A stretch of 64,000 bases of DNA from Octopus vulgaris (GCA_951406725.2 OX597830.1:66774001-66838000); one strand, 5' to 3'. Numbered from the stretch's first letter, positions 28,758-43,370 are shown. The notes: a model not told the origin generated them from the letters alone. Numbers and translations: made by a program.

Positions 28758-29545
28758 TACATATGTGTATATGCATATACATACATGCATGTGTATGTGT
28801 GTATGTACATATACATCCATTTGAATTAAATTAAAATGTTATTTTCAAACTTTTTCATTTCAACTAATAATCGGTGAATATTCATTTCACTTTACTCAAA
28901 ATAACAATTCAGCTTCTCAGTTTTTTTATACATTTATAAAGGAACATCATACATACTTATATACTTATATATATTATTGATATTATTATTATTATTATTA
29001 TTACTGGAACATTTCTATAAACTTTTGCTTCAACTAATTCATTTACAATTAATTTTTTTTCCTCCCGTTTTCGCTTAAAATATTTAACAATCTTAACAAT
29101 ATTCTAGCCTAAAAGCTCAGACATTATCTGTTTAAAGCTTCTGCTCTCATCAACTTCAAACATAAAATTTTTACAGAGGCTTTTGTGTGTCTGTATAAAT
29201 AAAATAACGTTGGTGCAGTTTTTATGGTTGGGGTATTCAGCTTCACTGACAGCTAAATTTATTAACATTTTAAAGCGTTAAATAAGTTTTTGTTTTCCTC
29301 TGTGTTTATGTATGTATTTTTTGTTGTTGTTATTTTTATGTATTTGTATTTGTTTATAAGCACAGGTGCAAAAATGTCCGAGTGGTAAAAAGGCTTATTT
29401 TACAACAATGAAGTTTTCGGTTCAGTCTGACAGCGTGGCTGCTTGGGGCAAACTTATAACCCTGGGCTGACCATTGCCTTGTGAGTGAATTTCATGAATA
29501 GAGATTGTTTGGAAGCCTGTCATGTATATAAATATATATATAGTA

Positions 29546-29579
<34 letters not shown>

Positions 29580-29688
29580 TCATATACATCAATGATGTTC
29601 TTCTTTTGTGTTTTTTCATGGTTTCTTTTGATTCTCTGTTTGTGTTTAGTGATTATCCAGTATTTGGGGATGTCAGAAGCATTGATAT

Positions 29689-30022
29689 GTAAATGTTGAA
29701 CAATGAGAATGAGTGCTCAATACCGCATTGGTGGATAAAGTTTTTTTATTTGTGTATTAAGGCAACCATAGGTTTCTTGTTAAGAAAATATCTTAACAAT
29801 TTTTCAAGCCATTTATATGGAGATGCACACCATTCCTCCATGTGATTAACTTGAAAAATAATGGAGTAAAACACCATTCCTCTCTGTGATTGGCTTGAAA
29901 AATTATTAAGATAGTAACATAGTTTTCTTAACATGAAACCAATGGTAGCCTTAATACACAAGTAAAGAAATTTTATCCACCAATGCAGTGATGAGCACTC
30001 ATTCCCAGTGCTCAACATTTAC
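29689..30022. repeat. Inverted repeat / MITE-like element, about 120-130-bp arms
   Basis: gtaaatgttga...tgtgtattaagg...caagcca mirrored by tggcttg...ccttaatacaca...tcaacatttac. Confidence 0.8.
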
Positions 30023-30928
30023 TTGGTTTGTTTACATCTCTGAGAACAAACCGTTCTACCAAAGAGGCTTATGGAATAAGTACCAGACTTAGAAGTATGT
30101 ACTGGGGTTGGACTTTTGGATTAAACCCTTCGATGCAGTGCCACAGCTTGGCCATAGTCTAATGAGTAAAACAAGTAAAGATAAAAGAACAGATGTGTTT
30201 GTGAGTGAAAGAGAGTGAGAGGTGTGATGTATTATTTATAGTCACACTACACCTCAGATGTATGTGTGTGTGCATATCAGGCCAGTTCTAGAGAGGCAAA
30301 CTCATTCGAATTTATTACACTCGAAATTTGGGACTTTACAAAACAAGCCCCCACTTGCAACACACGAATATGAATGCTGTATCTGCCATAAAAAATAAAA
30401 ATGAAATGCAAGTCTTTGAAAGCCATCGTAGGGCTCGTAATCACTGATAAATATGAATGAATGAACAACCCAGAAATGAGATGTTTTGTCAGCATTGGAT
30501 TCTTGAACTGGTCAATGTGAAATACCTCGTTTCACATTGCTCCAGTCCACCTAGCTAGCGAAAATGAATAATCCTGCAATGGACCAGTGTCCTGTCCAGG
30601 TGAGGAATTTATGCACTATGGAAACCAGCCCTTATGAGTTGATATGACTTGAGAAGGTAACTTTTGTGGAGGTGAGTGGCTTAGTGGTTAGGGTATTGGA
30701 CTCATGATCATAAGATTGTGGTTTCGATTCCTGGACCGGGTGACTTGTTGCTTTCTTGGGCAAAACACATTTCACATTGCTCCAGTCCACTCAGCTGGCA
30801 AAAATGAGTAATCCTGTGGCAGACCGATGTCTTGTCCAGGTGGGAAATTTATACAACATGTAAACCAGGAAACTGACCCTTGTGAGTTGGCATAACTTGA
30901 GAAGGTAACTAAAATTTTCATGGTCCAT

Positions 30929-31091
30929 GTTGTGGCCACCTGGGTCATCTTAAAGCATGGACACACTGAGCAGCTGCCCAGGGATCTCACGGGTTTAGGG
31001 TCCTAACTCCGTTGTGGCCACCTGGGCCATCTTAAAGCATGGACACACTGAGCAGCTGCCCAGGGATCTCACTGGTTTAGGGTCCTAACTC
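30929..31091. repeat. Tandem duplication of an ~82-bp unit
   Basis: gttgtggccacctggg...tttagggtcctaactc x2, near-identical. Confidence 0.92.
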
Positions 31092-31951
31092 TGATCTATG
31101 TATTTTGTGGTTTACTGTTTATAAATAAATACTATCAAGCCCAATGCATTAGTTTGCCCAGGTGTTTATAATGCTATTGACACAACTCTGATGGTCACTT
31201 TGAAGTGTTCTCAAAACGTAGCCATGAATTACCTTTACCTGAAAGCAGAAAGCCTTTCATCTTATGATTTGTTACAGTAAAGCTGTATGGCTTCTCTGGG
31301 TGTTTATTCCTGGTTATCAGACTTGGAATACTTTGGAAAGAATCTCCATTTTTAAAACTCATGGTAACAAATAACATCTACAAGTATTAGGAATGTGTGT
31401 ATGCATATGTGTGTGCATGACTGTAAAACTTAATGTTGAGTAAGAGATAAAATATACACCCGAAGAAGCTTATAACACGCAGTAAATATTTTAATGTTTC
31501 TGTGAATATATGTAAAAGCAATTTTATATATATAAAAATCTTATTGTATATAGTGCTCAGGTGCACTACAGTTTTATAGGTAATGTAAAGTAAATAGAAT
31601 GAGTATTAAATGTAAAAAGCTACGAAAAAAAATTACAAAGGAATATATTTTTTAGTGTTTGCATTTATATGTATCTAACAATTTCTCAATAAAATAAACA
31701 TGGCTTGTATGTTATCAAGGGAGGTAATTGTAGAATAGAGTTATCACCCTTAGTGGACTGTTCTGAACTGAATCACAGTTGCTTTTTGTCTCTCTTTTCG
31801 AAGCCCTTCATTTTTAATGTTAACTTTCTTGCGAAGACAGAAGCTTCGCAAATTCCACTTTACTGTTCCTTATAAATCTAGCATATGCCTATATGCTTTC
31901 ATATATATATATATATATGGAGAGAGAGAGAGAGAGATGAGATAAATACAG

Positions 31952-32078
<127 letters not shown>

Positions 32079-32087
32079 ATACATCAT

Positions 32088-32122
<35 letters not shown>

Positions 32123-32187
32123 CATACATATATACATATTTATATATATATATATACATACATACATACATACATATATATATATAC

Positions 32188-32218
<31 letters not shown>

Positions 32219-32236
32219 CACACACATATATACATT

Positions 32237-32316
<80 letters not shown>

Positions 32317-33754
32317 TGTGTGTGTGTGTGTGTGTATGTATATATCTTTGTATGTATGTATATACTATATCTACATACAGATAGGTAGATGGATAGATAA
32401 ATAGATAAACTTGAATTATAAATATTTTCACTTTTTTGCAGCTGAGGTAATAACTTGTATATTCTTCCAACTTTAAACAGAGATAAATGTCAAAGAGTAT
32501 AGATTTTTCATTCCTCATGTTATATAAGTTCACTGTAATTTATTATTCTTTACATACCGAGTTCAAATTCCTCCAAGGTCAACTTAGCTTTTCGTTCTTT
32601 CAGTTCTGATAAAATAAGCATCAGTTCTATGCTGAGGACAGGGCTTGGGAGTCAGTGATGTAATTCAACTTCCCCTCGCCTAAAAAGTGCTTGTCATGTA
32701 CCAAAACTTAGGAATAAAATTGTTATTTTTCTCTCCCTGCCCCCACCCTCCAAAAAAAAAAAAAAAACTTTTAAGGACTTCATTATATCACATTCTGTAC
32801 TTTATAATTCTGATTAGAAATTGTATCTTGATTGAATTTGTTACCCTTCAAGCCTTCTAATGTCAATCAAAAAAAAAATTTTTTTTTTCTTTTTGAAATA
32901 AAATTTAAAAAATAAACAAATATCTATAAAAAAAAATACAAAGAGAAATAGATAAATTTCTGGCAATCCCAAAATCCATACCTTTTTTTTTTTGCTTCTG
33001 AATTAAAGCTGATTCACTTCACTTATTCTGCTAAATGCGGGGGTGGGGAAGCCATGAATGTCACACATGAATGTTGCATCTGCTATGTTTGTGTAAAGTT
33101 TTTTTTGCTTTGGTAAACATTGTTATTTGTTATAAATCATGTTACAAAAACAGAAACACAATTCAGTTTATGAAACATATCAACATCTTATTATTAATTA
33201 ACTACTAGTACTAAAACAAACTATTATTAATTAACTACTATTAAAAACAAACTACTTTGAAGTCTGAAAAATATTTCAAAAAAAAAAAATAAATAAATAA
33301 ACACTGATATTAATTTTTTTTAAAAATGTTTTATTCTTAAAAAATCCTTTGTTTTTTTGTATTTTCTTGTCCAATTTTATTTCCTCCCTGTATTTCAATT
33401 AAATGACCTTATATTTCCTCCAAATGTCTTTGGGTTTCCCACAGATGACCTTGTATTATATTCAAATGACTTTGCATTTTATTTGAATAATTAATATGCT
33501 GATTGAATAATTTCTGCTTTTTTTTTGCTTCTCTACCTGCTTTAAGTTTGTTTTTTTTTCTAATTGTTTCCAAGTTGATAAACCTTTTGTTCTCAACTAT
33601 CATATTATGAAGCTAGAATTGTTCAAAGAATACATGTCTGTACATTGAATGCAAAAAGAAACATTGGTACCATAACTACATAAACTGGAATTAATTAAAA
33701 CTAAAATCAAATACTGAGAAGGATGACGGACACTAATGCTTCATGTATCTCTAT

Positions 33755-34730
33755 CTTCTTCTTCTTTTTCTTCTTCTTCTCTCTTCTTCTTCTTCTTCTT
33801 CTTCTTCTTCTTCTTCTTCTTCTCCCTCCTCTTCCTCCACCTCCTATTCTTCCTCTTCCACCTCCTCTCCTTCCTCTTCCTCCTCCTCTTCCTCCACCTC
33901 TTCCTCCACCTCTTCCTCTTCATCTTCCTCTTCCTCCACCTCTTCCTCCACCTCTTCCTCTTCATCTTCCTCTTCTTCTCCTCTTCCTTCCTCTTCCTCC
34001 TCCTCCACCTCTTCCACCTCTTCCTCTTCATCTTCCTCTTCTTCCTCCTCCTCTTCCTCCACCTCTTCCTCTTCATCTTCCTCTTCTTCCTCCTCCTCTT
34101 CCTCCACCTCTTCCTCTTCATCTTCCTCTTCTTCCTCCTCCTCTTCCTCCACCTCTTCCTCCACCTCTTCCTCTTCATCTTCCTCTTCTTCATCCTCCTC
34201 TTCCTCTTCCTCCACCTCTTCCTCTTCATCTTCCTCTTCTTCCTTCTCCTCTTCCTCCACCTCTTCCTCTTCATCTTCCTCTTCTTCATCCTCCTCTTCC
34301 TCTTCCTCTTCCTCTTCCTCCACCTCTTCCTCTTCCTCCACCTCTTCCACTTCCTCCTTCTCTTCCTCCTCTTCCTCCTTCTCTTCCTCCTTCTCTTCCT
34401 CCTCCTCTTCCCCCTCCTCTTCCCCCTCCTCTTCCTTCCCCTCTTCCTTCCCCTCTTCCTCCACCTCCTCTTCTTCATCCTCCTCTTCCTCTTCCTTCTC
34501 TTCCTCCTCCTCTTCCTTCCCCTCTTCCTTCCCCTCTTCCTCCCCCTCTTCCTCCACCTCCTCTTCCTCCACCTCCTCTTCCTCCACCTCCTCTTCCTCC
34601 ACCTCCTCTTCCTCCACCTCCTCTTCCTCTTCCTCCTCTTCCTCCTCCTCCTCATATTCTTCTTCCGCTTCCTCTTCATCCCCCTCCTCTTCCTCTTTAT
34701 CCCCCTCCTCTTCCTCCTCCTCCTTCTTGT
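33755..34730. repeat. About 1-kb polypyrimidine (CTT/CCT)n array with higher-order units
   Basis: Directly visible; source of the poly-Glu/Ser/Pro/Lys-Arg ORFs. Confidence 0.97.
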
Positions 34731-35140
34731 CCATTATTTTGAATCCGAGTTTGTCCCCGTTAACGGGGGTGGCTGGATCTACCTCACTCTTATCGCAACC
34801 GCTCTCACACCCTCTCACCATCTCACCCAGTTTGGGGCATCCTCCCATCTCAAGTCAACTTCCCCCTAATCTAATCCTCTACTTGTCCCCTCCACATTTT
34901 CTTTGTTCGACCTCGCTTTCGCAGTTCATTCACTCACTCTAAACTCAAGCACTCTCCACAGAACATGATCCTCATCCCTCCTCAACACATGTCCATACCA
35001 CCACACTCCATTCACCCTTGCCAGCCATTCCACCGATTCCTCCAACCCCAGCATCCCCATCAAGTCCTCAGTCCTTCTTTTAGCCACTGGTTTCACACCA
35101 CACATTGCTCTCACCATTGCTCTCTCGGTCCTTCTCAAAT
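34730..35140 (-). mobile_element. RTE-clade LINE 3' fragment
   Basis: RRTERAMVRAMCGVK...LGLEESV...GVWWYGHVLRRDEDHVLWRVLEF is typical of the RTE ORF C-terminus. Its 3' end runs into the GA-rich array. Confidence 0.8.
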
Positions 35141-35921
35141 CATCATTTCTACCTACATTTGCAATTAATATCCATATATTCTTTAAAGTGGGGAGCTGGC
35201 AGAATTGTTAGCACACCAGGTAAAATACTTAGTGAACGTCATTCATCTATATGTTCTGAGTTCAAATTCCACTGTAGTTGACTTTTCCTTTCATCCTCCC
35301 AGGGTTGATAAAATAAGTACCAGTTGTGCACTAGGGTTGATATAATCGATTTAACTCCTCCCCCGAAATTGCTGGCCTTGTGCCAAAATTTGAAATCACT
35401 ATCTTTATATTCTTTAAGGCGGCAAGCTGACAGAATCATCAGCATGCCAATCAAAATACTTAGTGCCATTTCATTCATCCTTATGTCCTGAGTTCAAATT
35501 CTACCGAGGTCTACTTTACCTTCCAGTGTTGATAAGATATGTACCAGCTGATTACCAGATGTAATCAACTTTCCCCCTCACCTAAAATTGCTGGCCTTGT
35601 GCCAAAATTTGAAACATATATCTATATATTCTTTCAACAAAACTAACTTGGTAATAAATTAATTTGACATAATCAATTTCTGTATAAATTCCTACTAATA
35701 TTCCTTTGTCATTTAAAAAAAAATTTGTTTTAATAGCAAAATTTCTGTAAATTGTATTTTTCTTACAGATTATGCACCCCCTTTTTTATGTTTGCTCTAT
35801 TTTAATTTAATTGTTATATTTTTAATTGATAAAACAGAGCAAACACATTGTTTTTTTTTTTGTTATTGCTGAATGTTCTAATTATGATATAGAACAACAT
35901 TTGAAATTATGAGGCTGTTAA

Positions 35922-36141
35922 CCCTTTCGTTACCAACCCGGCTGAAACCGGTGTGGCTTTGTAGTACAAATGTCTTGTTTTCATAAGTTTTGAATTAAAA
36001 CATTCCACCGAACCTTAGTCACAATTCATGTTCCTAACACTAGCTGAATGATGGCTAAGTTATTTTACTCAACTCTTTGTTATATTTAAAATAATTGAAA
36101 GAAACACAGAGCATCTCAAAATAAATACGGTAACGAAAGGG
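35922..36141. mobile_element. piggyBac-type MITE
   Basis: TTAA on both sides (35918-35921, 36142-36145); TIRs CCCTTTCGTTACC / GGTAACGAAAGGG. Confidence 0.9.
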
Positions 36142-36287
36142 TTAAATTGGTGCTTGAAGGTGGATTGCAATGCAAATATTGTAAATTTACAAGTTTTTGA
36201 TCTTCAAGAATGAGGCTAATAGTAAAAATAAAATCACAATTTTATTTAACAATTCCTCCTTAAAATAACGACATGTAAGTATTGCTT

Positions 36288-36680
36288 CATCATCATCTTC
36301 ATCATCATCGTTTAACGTCCGTTTTCCGTGCTAGCACGGGTTGGACGGTTTGACCGGGGTCTGGGAAGCCAGGGGCTGCACCAGGCTCCAGTCTGATCTG
36401 GCAGAGTTTCTACAGCTGGATGCCCTTCCTAACGCCAACCACTCCGCGAGTGTAGTAGGTCCTTTTTACGTGCCACCGGCACAGGTGCCATGGGGGTCCG
36501 GCATCGGCCACAGTCGGTTGGTGCTTTTAATGTGCCACCGGCATGGAAGCCAGCCAAGGCGGCGCTGGCATTGGCCATGTTCGGATGGTGCTTTTTATGT
36601 GCCACCGGCACTGGAGCCAGTCGAGGCGGCGCTGGCTACGGCCACGTTCGGATGGTGCTTTTTATGTGCCACCGGCACAT
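36288..36680 (-). mobile_element. Retroposon family C 3' portion with (GAT)n tail and internal ~60-bp tandem subrepeats
   Basis: catcatcgtttaacgtccg...ctacagctggatgcccttcctaa recurs at about 2925, 7260, 9660, 17390, 23400, 54595 and 62610, and in the opposite orientation at about 39745, 57905 and 61415. Confidence 0.8.
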
Positions 36681-38494
36681 AAGGTAAAAATCTTGCTAAA
36701 ACCAATCTGGCACCTTCATCTTCCTTAGGTTCCACTAAATAAGAATAATATACAGACACATTGTGTATGCCAAAGATATTCTTGCGAAAGAGGAGCTAAG
36801 TTCTTCAAAACTAAATCTGTATTTAGAAATATTCTTTTATTCTTTTATTAATTTCTATCATCAGATTACGGCCATACTGCAGCACTGTCTGAAAGTGTTC
36901 AGTCAACCAAACTGGCATCAGTACTTATTTTAAGTGTAGTGCTTATTCTGTCAGTCACTTTTTGCCAGACTGCTATGTTATGAGGACATAAACGAACCAA
37001 CACTGGTTGTCAAGAGGTGAGTAACAAGGACAAAGACAAACACATAATTACCATGTGTGGAGGTGCAATGGTTAGGACAGCGGACTCGCGGTTTCGATTC
37101 CCAGACTGGGCATTGTGTGTGTTTACTGAGCGAAAACACCTAAAGCTCCACGACGCTCCGGCAGTGGGTGGTGGCAACCCCAACTTTCTCTCACCTTGGG
37201 CGAGTGTCTTCTACTATAGCCTTGGGCCAACCAAAGCCTTATGAGTGGATTTGGTAGACGGAAACTGAAAGAAGCCCGTCGTATATATGTATATATGTGT
37301 GTGCGTGTGTGTCTTTGTGTCTGTGTTTGTACATCCACCATTGCTTAAGAACTGATGTTGGTGTGTTTACATCCCTGTAACATAATGGTTCAGCAAAAGA
37401 CACCGATAGAATAAGTACCAGGCTTACAACAAATAAGTCCTGGGGTCGATTTGTTCGACTAAAACCTCCTTCAAGGTGGTGCTCCAGCATAGCCGCAATC
37501 AAATGACTGAAACAAGTAAAAGAATAAAACAATAATATTAAGAAGCAATCACTTGTCAGTTTTATATATCTTAGTTTTAGATACTCTATACCATAAATTT
37601 TCTGTTGCACTCCATAATTCTCATTCACACAACTCCTCAGTTTTTCTTTTAACATTTTAATAGATACTACTTATAGTGCATGAATTTCATTTTGTTTCCC
37701 CTTTTAAATAAGTTTACACTGCACAAACTAGTCTTTTACTATAACTGACATCATTCTCTTTTTAACGAGATAAACCAGACACTGAAGAATTTAATATGTG
37801 CATGTTTTCGTTGTTGTGGCAGCAATTAGTTCCAAGATTGGTCAAATTCTTCTAGTGTAGTTTAGTGCAATGCCATGCCATAAGAGGTTTCATAAGAATT
37901 GTAAATTGTAAGCAGATTGTATCTCAAAATTTGCTGATATAGATTTGCACTGCCATAGGCCTTTGGCTCATAGAGTCAACCCTGAAAACCATTAGGTGCA
38001 GGCATGGCTGTGTGGTTAAGAAGTTCACTTTCTAACCAAGTGGTCTTGGGTTCAACACCACTGTGTGGTGCCTTGGGCAAGTGTCTTCTACTATAGCCTG
38101 GGCTGACCATGGCCTTGTGAGTGGATAATAGGAGGCAGAAACTGAAAAAGGAGACGAGCTGGCAGAAACGTTAGCACACCGGGCGAAATGCTTAGTGGTA
38201 TTTTGTGTGCCGTTATGTTCTGAGTTCAAATTCCGCCAAGGTTGACTTTGCCTTTCATCCTTTTGGGGTCGATTAAATAAGTACCAATTACGCACTAGCG
38301 TCGATATAATCGACTTAATCCATTTGTCTGTCCTTGTTTGTCCCCTCAGTGTGTAGCCTCTTGTGGGCAGTAATGAAATAAGAAACTGAAATTAGCTTAT
38401 CACATATAAATATGTATAAATATGTGCATATATATTTGTCCATAAGTCCATAAGTCAGGAAAAAATGCTCTCATATATCTGTCCGTAGAAGGGG

Positions 38495-38815
38495 TATATT
38501 AATCAAAGTGTACAGCATTACATATCCATTATGGCCGATCTTACCAATCAGTTTCATACAGGGGTTCAACGGAGTGTTAGGTAACAGTCTGATTATGTAA
38601 CCCTGTGCTCATCAGAGGTAGCCATTATGAAATGAAATATAGAGACTGCTCTCTATTGTTGGAGATGAATCTCCAACAATAGAGTGCAGTCATTATATTT
38701 CATTCCAAAACAGCTTCCTCTGATGAGCGCAGGGTTTGTTACCTAACACTCCATCAGACCCCCAATGTGAAACTAATCGGTAAGATCAGCTGTAATGTAC
38801 ACTTCAATTAATATA
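38495..38815. repeat. Long fold-back palindrome with 4-nt loop at 38666-38669
   Basis: ctattgttggaga-tgaa-tctccaacaatag at the centre; complementarity continues imperfectly for about 145-170 nt. Confidence 0.9.
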
Positions 38816-39218
38816 TATATCTCACTGATCACTGTATCAACCAATACTATCAGAGGTTGTTATACACTACTAGTCACAATACACTTCTTCATATTGTTGT
38901 AGCTTTCAAATATTGCAACCCCACTCGCGAGGTGGACAGGCCTATGGCATAAAAGTGACTGAGTTCACAACAATCCCCCTAAATGGGACACCAGTCTATT
39001 GCAGGATAACTCATGTACAGCTGAACGGAGTAGAGCAACATGAAAGGAAGTGTTTCGCTCAAGAGCTCAACACAGTCTAGAGACTGAAACCATGATCTTT
39101 TCAATTGTGATAGTCGTAAATGAGTGTCACTGTCATACAAGCAGTGTCGTTCATTTCCAAATATTCTACGTAAACATTTTTGCTCATAGGAAAATATGGA
39201 AATATTACTTTGCTTGGA

Positions 39219-39335
39219 GAGAGGTAAGTGTTAGAGTTAGAAGTAAGTGTTAGAGTTAAGTGTTAGAGGTAAGTGTTAGGGTTAGAGGTAAGTGTTAGGG
39301 TTAGAGGTATGTTAGGGTTAGAGGTAAGTGTTAGG
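39219..39335 (+). repeat. 19-bp minisatellite TTAGAGGTAAGTGTTAGGG
   Basis: Directly visible; about six imperfect units. Confidence 0.9.
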
Positions 39336-39684
39336 AATATTTAGAAGTTAGTGGCTAGAAGGGCGTCCATCTGGACATAGTAATCATCATCATCATCATT
39401 ATCATCGTCATTCCTTAACGTCCATTTACCATGCTGGCATGGAAGTAGGATTGCTTGACCAAAGCTGGCTGAATCATTAGCACACCAGGCGAAATGCTTC
39501 GAAGTATTTCATCCATCGCTGTGTTCTGAGTTCAGATTCCGCCAAGGTTGACTTTGCTTTTCATCCTTTTGAGGTTGATAAATTAAGTACCAATGAAACA
39601 CTAAAGTCAATGTGATTGACTAGTCACCTCCCCCAAAGTTTCAGGCCTTGTGCCTATAGTAGAAGGGATTATTTATTATTATTA

Positions 39685-39739
<55 letters not shown>

Positions 39740-39850
39740 TATATTAGACTGGAGCCTGGTGCAGCCTTCTGGCTTCCCAGAACCCCGGTCGAACCGTCCA
39801 ACCCATGCTAGCATGGAGAACGGACGTTAAACGACGATGATGATGATATA

Positions 39851-40833
<983 letters not shown>

Positions 40834-41313
40834 TTAATTAAATACCTATACATTTCAATGACAAACTAACTTACTTGGTTTTCACTAAACACTGGTATAA
40901 ACTGGGGAACTAGGAAGCTTGCATCCCTTAAGGGACTTTAGTTCTTTGACTAAATAAATTATATATATATGTACGTATATGTATATTTTGCATTAAAGTT
41001 TATTGTGTTTGTGCCAGACATACTTTCAACACTTTTGGAACATTTGGTAAAGTGATAGATATATATATATAGATTGATATCCCGAATACAACGTACAAAC
41101 CATTCTGTGTAGAATTATCTTCTGTTTATTACAAGACATTTTCTAACTCAAATCTAAACTGAGGTTTCTTTCTTCTTTACAGAATTTCTTCTTTACTTAT
41201 TCCTTGTCAGTATTCTTCATCTTTTTTTTTTTTTTTAATCTTTTATTTTATTTTATTTATTTTGTTTATTGTTTTACGTACTTGCTGTCTGTTACAATCT
41301 TCGTTTCTGCTAG

Positions 41314-41325
41314 CAACGATGCCAT
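41314..41325 (+). CDS. Candidate 12-nt microexon (QRCH)
   Basis: tcttcgtttctgctag|CAACGATGCCAT|gtaagt. Strong donor, pyrimidine tract with TGC, frame-preserving, 128 nt before exon 41454. Confidence 0.4.
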
Positions 41326-41453
41326 GTAAGTTGATGTAGTAGTTGTTGATGATGATGATGATGATGTTAAATGCTTCACTGCTGATTATGATAAATCTTC
41401 AATTTTATATTCTTTAATGTTACCATCTTAAATATTTTTTTGTTACTTACCAG

Positions 41454-41545
41454 AATCAAAGCTCATTCCAAATTGATCCTGTGCCTAACACACATCCACT
41501 GTTAGTATTTATCAACCCAAAGAGTGGAGGAAAACAAGGCGAAAA
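41454..41545 (+). CDS. DGKB: DGK exon, start of catalytic domain [30 protein letters not shown](K)
   Basis: cag| ... |gtatgt, 92 nt, phase 0 to 2; [12 protein letters not shown] motif. Confidence 0.95.
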
Positions 41546-42802
41546 GTATGTTAAAATATGAGATTTACATTAGTGCAAATTGTGAGGGAGGGTTTTGCTA
41601 TATTTGGTGTGATATTTTAGTTTTGTTTTTGTGATATTTTGAATTTTTTTTTGTTTTTTTTTTTTGGTGGTGGGGTTAGCAAAAAAAAAAAGATTTATCT
41701 AAATTGATTCGCAATAGATTTTTTTTTTCCTGTTTCAGTGCTCTCGTTTATAACATCCATACGAACCACATATAAATCTTACATGTGAAAGATTAATTTA
41801 TTTGCTGGTGAAATATTAATCTTAGATCCTATTAGTTTAATTTTTTGAAAATATGGAAGCAGAGAGACAACAATAATAAATGAGATATCTTGATCACTGC
41901 TCATCTCTCACTCTTGCCGTGCACTATGTTTGTCTCTCACCTCATACTCTTGTCAACCTACCCAACCACATGTTATCTTCCTTTCTTTCATCCTTCTCCT
42001 GTCTACTTTATTATTATTATTATTATTATTCTCCTGCTTTTCACTCCTTTCTGTACTGTTGGTCAGCCAGTCATCTCCTACTCTCCTCTACCTTCTCTGC
42101 AACTTCATTGATCATCCCTCCCTCTCGGCCACTATTCACTACATCCACCTCAACTCCCTCAACACTAATCTCTACAGTCATCACCTACTCTGCTCTACCT
42201 TTCCTGCAACTCATGTATCATCAGTCACCCTTCACCACTTGTCCAGCATTCAATACATCAACACCTCATCCCTTTCTATTCTCTACAGTCATCACCTACT
42301 CTTACCCACCTTCTCCCAAACTCATTAGTCATTGACCACCCCCCTCCCATCCTTTGTTCTTCATTCATTATATTCACCTTTAATCCATGCCTCATCTCTA
42401 ACCATCCCTCGCTTCCTATATTTTTGCAACCTTTATCCACCCACACTTCTTGTTCTTCTGTTTCCACTCACCTCTTTTAACTATCTTTTACCCTGAGGGT
42501 TCACTTTAACACTTCAGCACCATTATTTTATCTCTCATCCTCACTGCTCCACATCAGTTAACCCTACTTGCTCTCCTATAATGCAACTAGCCATGTAGCT
42601 TTTCTACAGCAAGAAACCTGTTGTGGTTCATTTCCTTCATGCTTTAATGTCCCACCACCTCATTTGTTTCATGCTTTAATCTCTCTCCAACTAGTTTGAG
42701 CAGGTGACATTTTGAGTGTCTGGTGCTGACAAGCGTCAAGAAATGCAAAAGCATTTTTGGTCTTCTTGTGAGTCATTACAGCAACAATATTCATTCACTC
42801 CA

Positions 42803-42939
<137 letters not shown>

Positions 42940-43099
42940 CATACATTATATATATATATATATATATATAAAGGGAAAGTTTATGAAAAAAAACAAAAGA
43001 CAAAGATAGGTGGTGTACAAAACAAACAGATGTATTAGTATAGCGCTCAGGAATAGAAAAAGTATTTTACGTTTCGAGCCTACACTCTTCTACAGAAAG

Positions 43100-43231
<132 letters not shown>

Positions 43232-43243
43232 ATATATATATAT

Positions 43244-43274
<31 letters not shown>

Positions 43275-43309
43275 GTGTGTATGTATATATATATATGTAT
43301 GTATGTATG

Positions 43310-43370
<61 letters not shown>

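Noticed and set aside
32442-32446. ttttttgcag|CTGAG|gtaata 5-nt microexon
   Set aside because: Frame-shifting and unsupported; likely a chance match
33723-34942. Poly-Glu/Ser/Pro/Lys-Arg ORFs of 310-400 aa
   Set aside because: Translations of a (CTT/CCT)n array next to an RTE remnant
39270-39320. Interstitial telomere
   Set aside because: Only isolated TTAGGG hexamers inside a 19-bp unit, not a tandem telomeric tract
41880-42600. 151-aa ORF / possible old LINE remnant
   Set aside because: Pyrimidine-rich degenerate sequence with no recognisable protein motif
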